From a virus (taxonomy: Duplodnaviria; Caudoviricetes): a stretch of 25,450 bases of DNA. The stretch's first letter is position 1; each line of letters starts with the position of its first letter. The translations under genes and the position numbers were made by a program. A model generated the notes under the pieces. It had not been told where the DNA came from. It did no database searches and saw only the letters and a program-made list of their open reading frames with translations. This document shows, piece after piece, positions 16,884-24,857 of this stretch. The stretch spans positions 1 through 25,450 of the IMG/VR virus record IMGVR_UViG_3300033480_000053; one strand, written 5' to 3'.

Positions 16884-17464
16884 ACAGCGCCCAGCTCCTC
16901 AGGACCTACGACGCGACCTACTACCTCCGCAAGGTGGAGGGCTGGAGGGAGTTCGCGCAGCGGCGGCTGACGGCCAAGCGGCGGGAGCTGCTCGGAAACA
17001 TCGACTTCTTCGGGAAGTCGGTCCTCGACGTAGGGTTCGGGCGGGGAGAGGTCGCCCAGTACTGCTACGACAACGGGGCATCGGTGGTCGGGATCGACTA
17101 CTCGCCGGTCGCATGGGCGATCGCGCGGAAATACTGTGATCCGGGCGTGAAGCTCCACATCTTCTCGATAGAAAAGCTCCCGACCCTCCGCGGCGTCGGC
17201 CCGTTCGACATCGTCCTCGTCCTCGACGTCCTGGAGCACGTCGCCGACTGGGAGGCCCAGATCCTCGCCCGCGAGGTCGAGCGGCGCGCTCGACCCGGTT
17301 GCCTCGTCTACGTCCTCACGCCGGCCGACATCCGCAGGGGCCAGTACCGTGGAATGCACATCACCCAGTGGAACTTCCGGAAGCTGAACGCACTCTTCGC
17401 CGGGTTCGAGCCGATCGAGTGGAAGATGGGAGGAGACCTGTATGTCGTCTATCGTCACCCCTAA
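16880..17464 (+). CDS. Class I SAM methyltransferase
   Basis: VLDVGFGRGE, GIDYS, FDIVLVLDVLEHV motifs. TTG start overlapping the previous stop is preferred to the track start at 16730. Confidence 0.85.
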   Translation: MNSAQLLRTYDATYYLRKVEGWREFAQRRLTAKRRELLGNIDFFGKSVLDVGFGRGEVAQYCYDNGASVVGIDYSPVAWAIARKYCDPGVKLHIFSIEKLPTLRGVGPFDIVLVLDVLEHVADWEAQILAREVERRARPGCLVYVLTPADIRRGQYRGMHITQWNFRKLNALFAGFEPIEWKMGGDLYVVYRHP

Positions 17465-18008
17465 GGGGAACCAGGTCGTCCCGGAGCGCGTCCTCAAGCT
17501 CCTGCGCCCGCTCGACTTCACCTCGATGTATGACCTCGGGAACAAGAAGACGGACGGCGTACCCTACGGCGTGTACTTCCGGGGGGTCGGGATAAAATAC
17601 GACTCGATAGACCTGAACGGCCTCGACGGAACGCTACGGCTTGACCTGCGGACGAGACTCAACCTCGAGCCTCGGGACCTCGTGGCGAACATCGGGACGA
17701 GCGAGCACGTGCTCGAGCAGGAGCCGGTATTCGAGAACGTCCATCGCCTGAGCTCCTCGCGGATGGTCCACATGGTTCCGCGGATGTACTCATGGCCCGG
17801 CCACGGGTACTGGGAGTATACGATGCGGTTCTTCGAGATTTTGGCAACGGACAACGCCTATTTCATCGAGAAGATGTACGTCGATGATTTCTACACCGCG
17901 ATCTGCTGCTCGCTCCGGAAGACTGATGACCGGACATTCATATGGAGGAAGGGGATACTGTACCACCTCCGGAGGAAGAAGGGTCGAGGAGGGGTGGCGT
18001 ACCGGTGA
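17442..18008 (+). CDS. Divergent SAM methyltransferase-like protein
   Basis: MYDLGNK, YDSIDLNG, DLVANIGTSEHV..QEPVFENVH and HGYWEY motifs. Confidence 0.65.
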   Translation: MSSIVTPKGNQVVPERVLKLLRPLDFTSMYDLGNKKTDGVPYGVYFRGVGIKYDSIDLNGLDGTLRLDLRTRLNLEPRDLVANIGTSEHVLEQEPVFENVHRLSSSRMVHMVPRMYSWPGHGYWEYTMRFFEILATDNAYFIEKMYVDDFYTAICCSLRKTDDRTFIWRKGILYHLRRKKGRGGVAYR

Positions 18009-18024
18009 AGGGAAGAGGCGACAC

Positions 18025-18582
18025 ATGATCCACTACGGGCTGAAGGCGATATTCATACACATCCCGAGGACGGCGGGAAACTCGATCACGTACGCACTCA
18101 GGAGTTTCCCGTCATACGAATGCTCGGGCCACACGAAGCACCAGGACATCGCCTACTACAGGCGCATGCACCCGGCCGAGTTCGGTCAGTTCTTCCGATT
18201 CTCGTGCGTGCGGAACCCGTTCGAGAAGGTCCTGAGCCACTACGAGTTCAAGCGGATCAGCCAGGACAAGGAGTGCGTCGAGAACTCGTTCGCGGAATGG
18301 ATCAGGAAGTACCACAAGAACGACTCGACGGGTGTCATCTTCAAGCCGCAGGTCGACTTTCTCTCGATAGGAGGAGAGGGAGCGGTCGACTTCATCATGA
18401 GGTACGAGAGGCTGGAGGAGGATTTCGCCGTGGTCTGTAGCCGCCTGAAGATCGTTGTCCCGCTGGCTCACCTTTTCCCGACGAGCGCCAAGAGATACCA
18501 GGACCATTACGACGGCGCGACGCGCGAGATCGTGGAGACAATCTTCAGGAAGGACATGGAGGCATTCGGGTATGGATATTAA
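18025..18582 (+). CDS. Sulfotransferase family 2 protein
   Basis: FIHIPRTAGNSI (5'-PSB loop), FSCVRNPFEKVLSHY (3'-PB), PQVDFL and RYERLEEDF motifs. Confidence 0.88.
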   Translation: MIHYGLKAIFIHIPRTAGNSITYALRSFPSYECSGHTKHQDIAYYRRMHPAEFGQFFRFSCVRNPFEKVLSHYEFKRISQDKECVENSFAEWIRKYHKNDSTGVIFKPQVDFLSIGGEGAVDFIMRYERLEEDFAVVCSRLKIVVPLAHLFPTSAKRYQDHYDGATREIVETIFRKDMEAFGYGY

Positions 18583-19192
18583 GCGCGGGATCATCGTATC
18601 GATCCAGGGGTACTCGCAGCACACGACGGATGAGCTGGCGCGCGAGGCGATAAGGGCCGGAGCCGTGGCGCTGCGGCTGGACAAGCCGGTCCACATCGAG
18701 GACGCCGAGAAGGTCCCTGTCATAGGGCTCAACAAGGTCAACGTCGAGCGGCCGTACCACCTGGCGTACATCACGCCAGACATCGAGCACGTGGACAAGG
18801 TCGCCGAGTGGGCCGACTACGTGGCCGTTGACTTCCGGCGCCTGAACCAGGACCGGGTGGCGGTGGCGGAGCACTGCCGAGAGAAGGGGATCAGGCTCGT
18901 GGCCGACATCGGGGAGTTTGCCGACTACAACGACGCCGTCCAGAAAAAGATCGAGCCGGCGTTCTTCGCCACTACGTTCTCGGTGTTCCGCATCCTCCAC
19001 GCTCCGGATAAGAAGCTCATCCAGATGCTCTACGACGCCGGGGCGCGGAACGTCATCGCGGAGGGAAACTACTCGGGACGCGACGACGTGCACCACGTCT
19101 TCCAGATCGGCGTCCACGCCGTCTGCATCGGGTCGGCGGTCTCAAACGTCTACAAGCTCACGCGGAAGTACACGACCATCGAGACTATATGA
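18572..19192 (+). CDS. nanE: N-acetylmannosamine-6-phosphate 2-epimerase-like protein
   Basis: GIIVSIQ, AGAVALR, PVIGLNK (catalytic Lys position), YITP, VAVD, LVADI, VIAEG and AVCIGSAV motifs. Confidence 0.85.
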   Translation: MDIKRGIIVSIQGYSQHTTDELAREAIRAGAVALRLDKPVHIEDAEKVPVIGLNKVNVERPYHLAYITPDIEHVDKVAEWADYVAVDFRRLNQDRVAVAEHCREKGIRLVADIGEFADYNDAVQKKIEPAFFATTFSVFRILHAPDKKLIQMLYDAGARNVIAEGNYSGRDDVHHVFQIGVHAVCIGSAVSNVYKLTRKYTTIETI

Positions 19193-19389
19193 AGGAGAAG
19201 AACATGGTAATAGAACCAAGCAAGGCGGCATCTGCACTGGCGAAGGAAATTGAAAATTATCTTAGAGCGCAGTTCGATTCATTCTATAGGGAAACTGGAT
19301 TCATCGTTAAAGAAGTTATTGTAAAGCATGATCGAGATTCGGCGAATAGGCTCGGTTTCGATATTGATCTAAGGGTTGGAGTAGAATGA
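19189..19389 (+). CDS. Small AT-rich hypothetical protein
   Basis: 66-aa ORF with ATGA overlap; alternative ATG at 19204 after AAGGAG. Confidence 0.6.
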   Translation: MKEKNMVIEPSKAASALAKEIENYLRAQFDSFYRETGFIVKEVIVKHDRDSANRLGFDIDLRVGVE

Positions 19390-19398
19390 TCGCCACCG

Positions 19399-19435
19399 TC
19401 TTGACCGGGTAGCCGGTACGGGCGTATAGTCAAGA
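19399..19435 (+). promoter_or_regulatory. Candidate internal sigma70 promoter with a flanking inverted repeat
   Basis: TTGACC (19401-19406), 18 nt, TATAGT (19425-19430); TCTTGAC (19399-19405) and GTCAAGA (19429-19435) are inverted repeats. Confidence 0.55.
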
Positions 19436-19446
19436 GAGGAGTCCAC

Positions 19447-20196
19447 ATGAACGAGATGGCAAAGCGGATCAACAAGTTCTGGGAGTCGACGACCCCGCAG
19501 AACGCGCACCTCGGGCTCACCGAGAAGGAGGCGTCCTCGCGCTACAAGAGGGCGCGGGAGGCCGTCGGGGAAGTGTTCCCCGTCAAGAACAAGACCGTCA
19601 TCGACTTCGGGTGCGGCGGCGGGTACATCGGGAAGTACGTCCTCGACCACGGCGCCAAGAAGTACGTCGCGTACGACGTGGCCGCGCGGTCGATCCGGAG
19701 GGCGCGGCAGAACACGGCCGGGTACGAGGACAAGACGACATTCATCCAGCTATCCGACCACCGCTGGGACTTCGCAGCGCACGAGCCGGACATGATCGTC
19801 GCCCTGGCGGTGATGATCCACTTCCCGTCGGTCCAGTACATGGACAATTTCCTCGCCTCCTGCGAGCGGTCCGGCGCGAAGTACCTCGTGCTCGAGATCA
19901 GGAACAATGGCCGCGGGACGGTGATGCAGAAGGAGCCCTACAGCGCCGGGTGCTTCTACGCCAGCCCGAAGACGTGCCTCACTTTGGAGACGACTCCCGA
20001 GCGCGTCGCCGCCAAGCTCCCGAACTACGAGCTGGTCGGGAAGACCGACCCGGAGAAGGCACCGACGAACTGTCAGGTCCTCTGGTTCTTGAAACAAGAC
20101 CTGACGCAAGATCCGATGCAGAGGAAAGGAATCGTGTTCACCGAGAAGCAAAAAAAGAAGATCAAGGAGATCACCGAAGGGAAAGAGCGGAAATGA
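19447..20196 (+). CDS. Class I SAM methyltransferase
   Basis: VIDFGCGGGY, YVAYDV, DMIVALAVMIHFP motifs; AGGAG RBS. Confidence 0.88.
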   Translation: MNEMAKRINKFWESTTPQNAHLGLTEKEASSRYKRAREAVGEVFPVKNKTVIDFGCGGGYIGKYVLDHGAKKYVAYDVAARSIRRARQNTAGYEDKTTFIQLSDHRWDFAAHEPDMIVALAVMIHFPSVQYMDNFLASCERSGAKYLVLEIRNNGRGTVMQKEPYSAGCFYASPKTCLTLETTPERVAAKLPNYELVGKTDPEKAPTNCQVLWFLKQDLTQDPMQRKGIVFTEKQKKKIKEITEGKERK

Positions 20197-20516
20197 TCAA
20201 GGACTACCTGACCGACGAGGTGCATATCATCCCGGTCACAACCGACGTAGACGGCGTGGAGACGGAGGGCGCTCCGGTGACGGCCGCGGCCAGGATCGAG
20301 GACTGGAACCGGCTCGTCAAGGACCGCGAGGGCAAGGAGGTCGCGAGCGACACGCTCGTCATCCTGGACGACTCCGAGACGATCACCTACGAGTCGAAGA
20401 TCAAGCTCCGCAAGCAGTGCGGGGTGGCCACGACCGACCCGGAGAAGAAGCACGCCGTGCTGACCATCGAGAAGGCGCACGGGTTCGAGGGTTCGCACTG
20501 GGAGGTGCGGCTGTAA
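20193..20516 (+). CDS. Putative head-closure (stopper) protein
   Basis: ARIEDWNRLVKDREGKEVASDTLV..HWEVRL pattern; ATGA overlap. The track start at 19611 is a shadow extension. Confidence 0.75.
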   Translation: MIKDYLTDEVHIIPVTTDVDGVETEGAPVTAAARIEDWNRLVKDREGKEVASDTLVILDDSETITYESKIKLRKQCGVATTDPEKKHAVLTIEKAHGFEGSHWEVRL

Positions 20517-20995
20517 TGGCGTTCTACATCAAGACGAACACGCTCGAGAAGGGGCTCAAGGAGTACATGCGGCGCGCCGGCATCGGGAAGAAGGAGGGCG
20601 CCGACTTCAGGGCGCGGAAGGCCGTGGCGACCCAGCTCATCACGTGGATGGTCATGGGGTCTCCGAACGAGACGGTCGTCCCGCCGATACTCACCGGGTT
20701 CCTGAGGGGTTCCGGGTCAGCCTTCGTCGGGTCGGTCTGCGTGTTCGACACCCGCGGGCTGGCTGGAGGAAAGGGAACCCCAAATAAATCGCACTCGGAA
20801 CCGGGGCTCGGCGTGGCGGTCGGGTTCAACACGGCATACGCGGCGAAGCTGCACGAGACCACGTGGAACCCAGGCCCGAGGTCGAAGGATAGCGGGAACG
20901 TCGGGAACAAGTTCGTCGAGAAGCACCTGGCGGCCGACGGTAAGCACGCGATGGAGCTCTACGCGGCGATATTCAAGAAGGAGACCGGGGCATGA
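20516..20995 (+). CDS. Putative neck/tail-completion protein (HK97 gp10-like)
   Basis: PILTGFLRGS, VGFNTAYAAKLHE and GNKFVEK motifs; TAATG overlap. Confidence 0.8.
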   Translation: MAFYIKTNTLEKGLKEYMRRAGIGKKEGADFRARKAVATQLITWMVMGSPNETVVPPILTGFLRGSGSAFVGSVCVFDTRGLAGGKGTPNKSHSEPGLGVAVGFNTAYAAKLHETTWNPGPRSKDSGNVGNKFVEKHLAADGKHAMELYAAIFKKETGA

Positions 20996-21402
20996 TGCCG
21001 AACTTCGTCGCCTACCTGAGGGCCCAGTTCCCCGCCGAAACCGTCTACCAGGACGAGCGGAAGAAGCTCTCCGGACAGACGACGGTCCCGGCGCGGTGCA
21101 TCCTCGTGCTCGACAACGGCGGGCCTGAGGAGCCGTGGATACAGGACGCACAGAAGATGATTCAGGTGATAACGCGGGACGTCGATGCCGTGAGGGCGCG
21201 GAAGATCGCGTGGGACATATTCGAGGACGCTACGTCACGGTTCGGGCTCATCCTCCCGGCGATCACGGTCGGCGGGACGGTGTACCCGGCGGTGCAGGTA
21301 AGCCAGATTGCGGCGGTCGCCCAGCCCTACAACATGGGGCAGGACGCGGACGGGAGAACAGAATACACAACCAACTACCAGATATGGTACAGGAGAAATT
21401 AA
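20992..21402 (+). CDS. Putative tail terminator protein
   Basis: IQVITR..ARKIA..PYNMGQDADGRTEYTTNY pattern; position before the major tail gene. Confidence 0.75.
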   Translation: MMPNFVAYLRAQFPAETVYQDERKKLSGQTTVPARCILVLDNGGPEEPWIQDAQKMIQVITRDVDAVRARKIAWDIFEDATSRFGLILPAITVGGTVYPAVQVSQIAAVAQPYNMGQDADGRTEYTTNYQIWYRRN

Positions 21403-21945
21403 ATGGCTAACCCTCCCATCGGGACAAACTTCATGGAAGGACCGCTCGGAGTAGTGGTCCTGAACTTCAACGGCGTCGATCTCGGGAAGACGATCGACGA
21501 TGCGACCCTCGAGTTCATCGAGGACATCAAGGACATCTTATACGCGCAGGACGGGACGCAGCCGTACGACAAGATACCGACCGGCCAGGCGTACCAAGTG
21601 ACCTGCAAGATGGGCCAGATCACGTACCAGCGGCTCGCGCAGGTGCTCCGCGGTCTCAAGTACTCGGCTCCGGGGAGCGCCAGCTTCGGGCGCGACATCT
21701 ACCGGAGCGGCCGCGACAACTTCTCGAAGGTCCTGACGCTGACCCGCGTCGACTCGGACGGGAACGCCTCGGCTGACCCGTTCTACAAGGCGACCTTCTG
21801 GAAGGCTATGCCGACAGTCAACGGTGCCCTCGGGGCGTTCGGTCCGGACACCCAGCGCGAGGTAGAGGTGGTGTTCTACTGCTTCTACGACGAGACGAAG
21901 GAGCAGTTCGGGTTCTCGGGACACGAGACCAGCGTGGCTGCATAA
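21403..21945 (+). CDS. Major tail (tube) protein
   Basis: 180 aa, FNGVDLGKT motif, AGGAG RBS, position before chaperone and tape measure genes. Confidence 0.8.
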   Translation: MANPPIGTNFMEGPLGVVVLNFNGVDLGKTIDDATLEFIEDIKDILYAQDGTQPYDKIPTGQAYQVTCKMGQITYQRLAQVLRGLKYSAPGSASFGRDIYRSGRDNFSKVLTLTRVDSDGNASADPFYKATFWKAMPTVNGALGAFGPDTQREVEVVFYCFYDETKEQFGFSGHETSVAA

Positions 21946-21963
21946 CAACAGAGAGGAGACATC

Positions 21964-22245
21964 ATGGCAGAGAAGCAGAGGAAGAAGATAGTCAACCCGC
22001 CGCCGATCACCGTCGAGGTGGAGGACCTGAAGGGGCAGGCGCACATCCTGACGGCGAGGACCGTGACGCCCGATAACACTGGCGAGTTCATCCAGATCGT
22101 CGAGAAGACCCCGACCGGAGAATCGATCATGGCGCAGGCGATCTGGATATTCGGCGAGGACAAGGAGTTCTTCAAGAACTTCGACCTGCGCGTCATAAAG
22201 GCGGCGATCACCAGCTTCTCCGAGCAGATGCAAAACCCTACCTGA
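21964..22245 (+). CDS. Tail assembly chaperone (gpG-like)
   Basis: GAGGAG RBS; lies between major tail and tape measure; ends in a slippery heptamer. Confidence 0.8.
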   Translation: MAEKQRKKIVNPPPITVEVEDLKGQAHILTARTVTPDNTGEFIQIVEKTPTGESIMAQAIWIFGEDKEFFKNFDLRVIKAAITSFSEQMQNPT

Positions 22246-22278
22246 CGGACGGGTCGTACGTACGGGACGCCGTCCGTC
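22233..22278 (+). other. Programmed -1 ribosomal frameshift signal with downstream hairpin
   Basis: A AAC CCT (22233-22239) in X XXY YYZ phase, then stem GACGGACGG (22244-22252) / CCGTCCGTC (22270-22278). Confidence 0.75.
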
Positions 22279-22583
22279 TCGTTCGGTGGGGTTTTACGCT
22301 CGCTGACGTGGAGTCGCTTGCGTCAGAATATGACGGTCGGGCATACGCACTCGTGGTGAGGGAAGTGATGCGGGCGGAGGCGATCCACCGCATCCAGCGG
22401 AAGCTCGACGTGGCGGAGGCGTTCAACCACGCCTACGTCGGGTCGCAGTACGACAAGAGGTCAAGAACGTCCAGGGGTTACGCCCGCTGGCAGAGGAAGA
22501 ACGAGTCCCAGATCGCGAAGCTCGAAGAGCGGAAGGTCTACACCATCTGGGACGGCATGAGGCACCGATCCAGGAAATTCTAA
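22233..22583 (+). CDS. gpT-like frameshift extension of the tail chaperone
   Basis: The -1 frame is open from the heptamer (KPYLTDGSYVRDAVRLVRWGFTLADVESL...) to TAA 22583, abutting the tape measure ATG. Confidence 0.7.
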   Translation, partial: KPYLTDGSYVRDAVRLVRWGFTLADVESLASEYDGRAYALVVREVMRAEAIHRIQRKLDVAEAFNHAYVGSQYDKRSRTSRGYARWQRKNESQIAKLEERKVYTIWDGMRHRSRKF

Positions 22584-24857
22584 ATGGCCTTCCAGGCCGG
22601 TAGTATAGTCGGGCATCTTGACCTCGAGACCGGGGCATTCGTCATAAACGCCGGCAAGGCCATGGGCGCCACCAAGGGCATGACGGGGAGCATGTTCAAG
22701 GCGCAGGTGGCCTGGGCGGCGGCCCAGAAGGTATTCAACGCGCTCACCGGCGTCGTCAAGGACAGCGTCGCCGAGTGGAACAAGCAGGCGGCGGTGATCG
22801 CGCAGACGAACGCCGTCCTCAAGTCCACCAACGGCGCGGCGGGCATGACCGCGAAGGCCGTCGGAGACCTCGCGAGCAGCCTCCAGGACACCACGACCTT
22901 CGCGGACGACGCCATCCAGGGCGCCGAGAACCTCCTTCTTACATTCACCAAAATTGGAAAGGACACGTTCCCCGAGGCGACAAAGATCATCCTCGACATG
23001 TCGCAGGCGCTCGGCCAGGACCTGAAGTCGAGCGCGATCCAGGTCGGGAAGGCGCTCCAGGACCCGGTGCTCGGCGTGACCGCGCTGCGGCGCGTCGGCG
23101 TCAACTTCTCCGAATCGCAGCAGGAAGTAATCAAGAACCTCGTCGCCACCGGCCAGTCCGCGAAGGCACAGGCGTTCATCCTGAAGGAGCTCCAGACGGA
23201 GTTCGGCGGGTCGGCGGCGGCCGCACGGGACACGTTCGGCGGTGCGCTCTCCGCGCTCGAGAACAAGGTCGGGGACGTCAAGGAGACCATCGGCCAGTAC
23301 ATCGCGGCCGCCGGTCGGCCGCTCGTTGAGAACCTCATCAAGGGAGCGAAGGGCGTCGAGGACTGGATGAAGTCTGCCCAGGGGATGGAGGTCATATCCA
23401 ACATCATGGGCGGCGTGGCGGCCGGGTTCGAGACGATAAAGGCCATCGTGGAGCCGATCGTCCAGGCCGTGTGGCCGGAGATCGTGAAGATCGGGAAGCA
23501 GGTCGAGGGCTCGCTGGCGCAGATATTCGGTAAGGGCCAGGAGGCCGCCGGCGTGTTCACGGTACTGTCGGTGGTCTCCAAATCGGTCGCCCTCGCTCTC
23601 ACCATCGTCGCCAAGGTGATCCAGTTCACCATCCAGACGACCGGCAACCTCATCAACGCGATCAAGCTGTCGATCGAGGCGCTCGTGACGATGGGGGACG
23701 CCGTCAACCACCTCGGCGACCCGAAGTACGCGAAGAAGGCGCTCACCACGATGAATGCGGCCGGCGAGGCGTGGAAGAAGTTCGTCGTCGACCAGGCCAC
23801 CGGGATCGTCGACATAGTCTCCACCGGCGTCAATGGCGTGAAGAACATCATCGAGACCGCCGAGGTGGACGGCAAGAAGATGGCCGCGCGCATTAAAGCC
23901 GTCTTCCGGACGACGAAGGACGGGATCGTCTCGACCATGAAGGCCGGGGCGAAGGAGGTCCCGGAGCAGTACCGGAGGATATCCGCCGCGATCGCCGAGG
24001 AGAACGAGAACCAGAAGAAGCTGATGCAGCAGTGGGCCGAGGCGAGGAAGACGATCGGCGAGGACGACCTGCAGACGAAGCTCCGGCAGATACGGGACCA
24101 GGCTGACGCTTACAAGAAGGCCGGCGCCGACGCCGTCGAGGTCGACCGGTGGGTGGCGCAGGAGAGCGCGAAGGCGGCGAGCGGGACGAAGAGCGCGTGG
24201 GAGACCGCCTGGGCGCAGGTCGAGGACGTGACCAACAAGGTCACGAGCATGTTGTCGATGGGTTGGGACATGGTGTCCGGGATATGGAACCAGGCCCTCG
24301 AGAACGAGGCCACGGCGATCGACAACAACTACAAGCGGCGCAAGGACGCCATCGAGGCGAGCACGGCGAGCGAGGAGGAGAAGACCGCGCAGCTGGAGGC
24401 GCTCGACGAGGAGTACGCGGCGCAGAAGGCGGAGATACAGAAGAAGCAGTGGGCCGCCCAGCAGGCGTCGGCGATAACGGGCGCCATAATGTCCGGGGCG
24501 CAGGCGGTGATGACCGCGTTCTCCCAGCTCGGGCCAATCGGCGGTCTGATCGCGCTCCCGTTCATCGTCGGCCTGACCGCCGCGCAGGTGGCACTCATAG
24601 CGTCACAACCGATGCCGGAGTTCGCGGCCGGCGGCGTCGGCCGAGGTCCCGTGCTCGTGGGCGAGCTGGGCCCGGAGGTGGTCAACCTGGGGAGCACCAG
24701 CCGGATCATGAACAACCGCGACACCGAGAGGCTCATGTCCGGCAAGACGGAGCTGAACGCCAACTTCTACGGGCCGGTCAACTCCGACGTCGACGTGATG
24801 CGGGTCCTCCAGCTCACCGGGCTCCGGTACGCCGCGACGAAGAGAGGTGCCGCGTGA
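22584..24857 (+). CDS. Tape measure protein
   Basis: 757 aa, Ala-rich and helical; MAFQAGSIVGHLDLET start, VGKALQDP..ALRRVGV, C-terminal FAAGG..VGELGPEVV. Confidence 0.93.
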   Translation: MAFQAGSIVGHLDLETGAFVINAGKAMGATKGMTGSMFKAQVAWAAAQKVFNALTGVVKDSVAEWNKQAAVIAQTNAVLKSTNGAAGMTAKAVGDLASSLQDTTTFADDAIQGAENLLLTFTKIGKDTFPEATKIILDMSQALGQDLKSSAIQVGKALQDPVLGVTALRRVGVNFSESQQEVIKNLVATGQSAKAQAFILKELQTEFGGSAAAARDTFGGALSALENKVGDVKETIGQYIAAAGRPLVENLIKGAKGVEDWMKSAQGMEVISNIMGGVAAGFETIKAIVEPIVQAVWPEIVKIGKQVEGSLAQIFGKGQEAAGVFTVLSVVSKSVALALTIVAKVIQFTIQTTGNLINAIKLSIEALVTMGDAVNHLGDPKYAKKALTTMNAAGEAWKKFVVDQATGIVDIVSTGVNGVKNIIETAEVDGKKMAARIKAVFRTTKDGIVSTMKAGAKEVPEQYRRISAAIAEENENQKKLMQQWAEARKTIGEDDLQTKLRQIRDQADAYKKAGADAVEVDRWVAQESAKAASGTKSAWETAWAQVEDVTNKVTSMLSMGWDMVSGIWNQALENEATAIDNNYKRRKDAIEASTASEEEKTAQLEALDEEYAAQKAEIQKKQWAAQQASAITGAIMSGAQAVMTAFSQLGPIGGLIALPFIVGLTAAQVALIASQPMPEFAAGGVGRGPVLVGELGPEVVNLGSTSRIMNNRDTERLMSGKTELNANFYGPVNSDVDVMRVLQLTGLRYAATKRGAA

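Noticed and set aside
19611-20192. Track ORF extension giving a 301-aa head-closure protein
   Set aside because: Overlaps the methyltransferase in another frame; the real start is the ATGA overlap at 20193.
11825-20196. Interpretation as a DNA hypermodification cluster
   Set aside because: No base-hydroxymethylase, kinase or polymerase partners in the window, and it sits among structural rather than replication genes. Not fully excluded.
22461-23938. Long minus-strand ORFs opposite the tape measure gene
   Set aside because: Antisense shadows of a GC-rich, Ala-rich gene; no recognisable domains.
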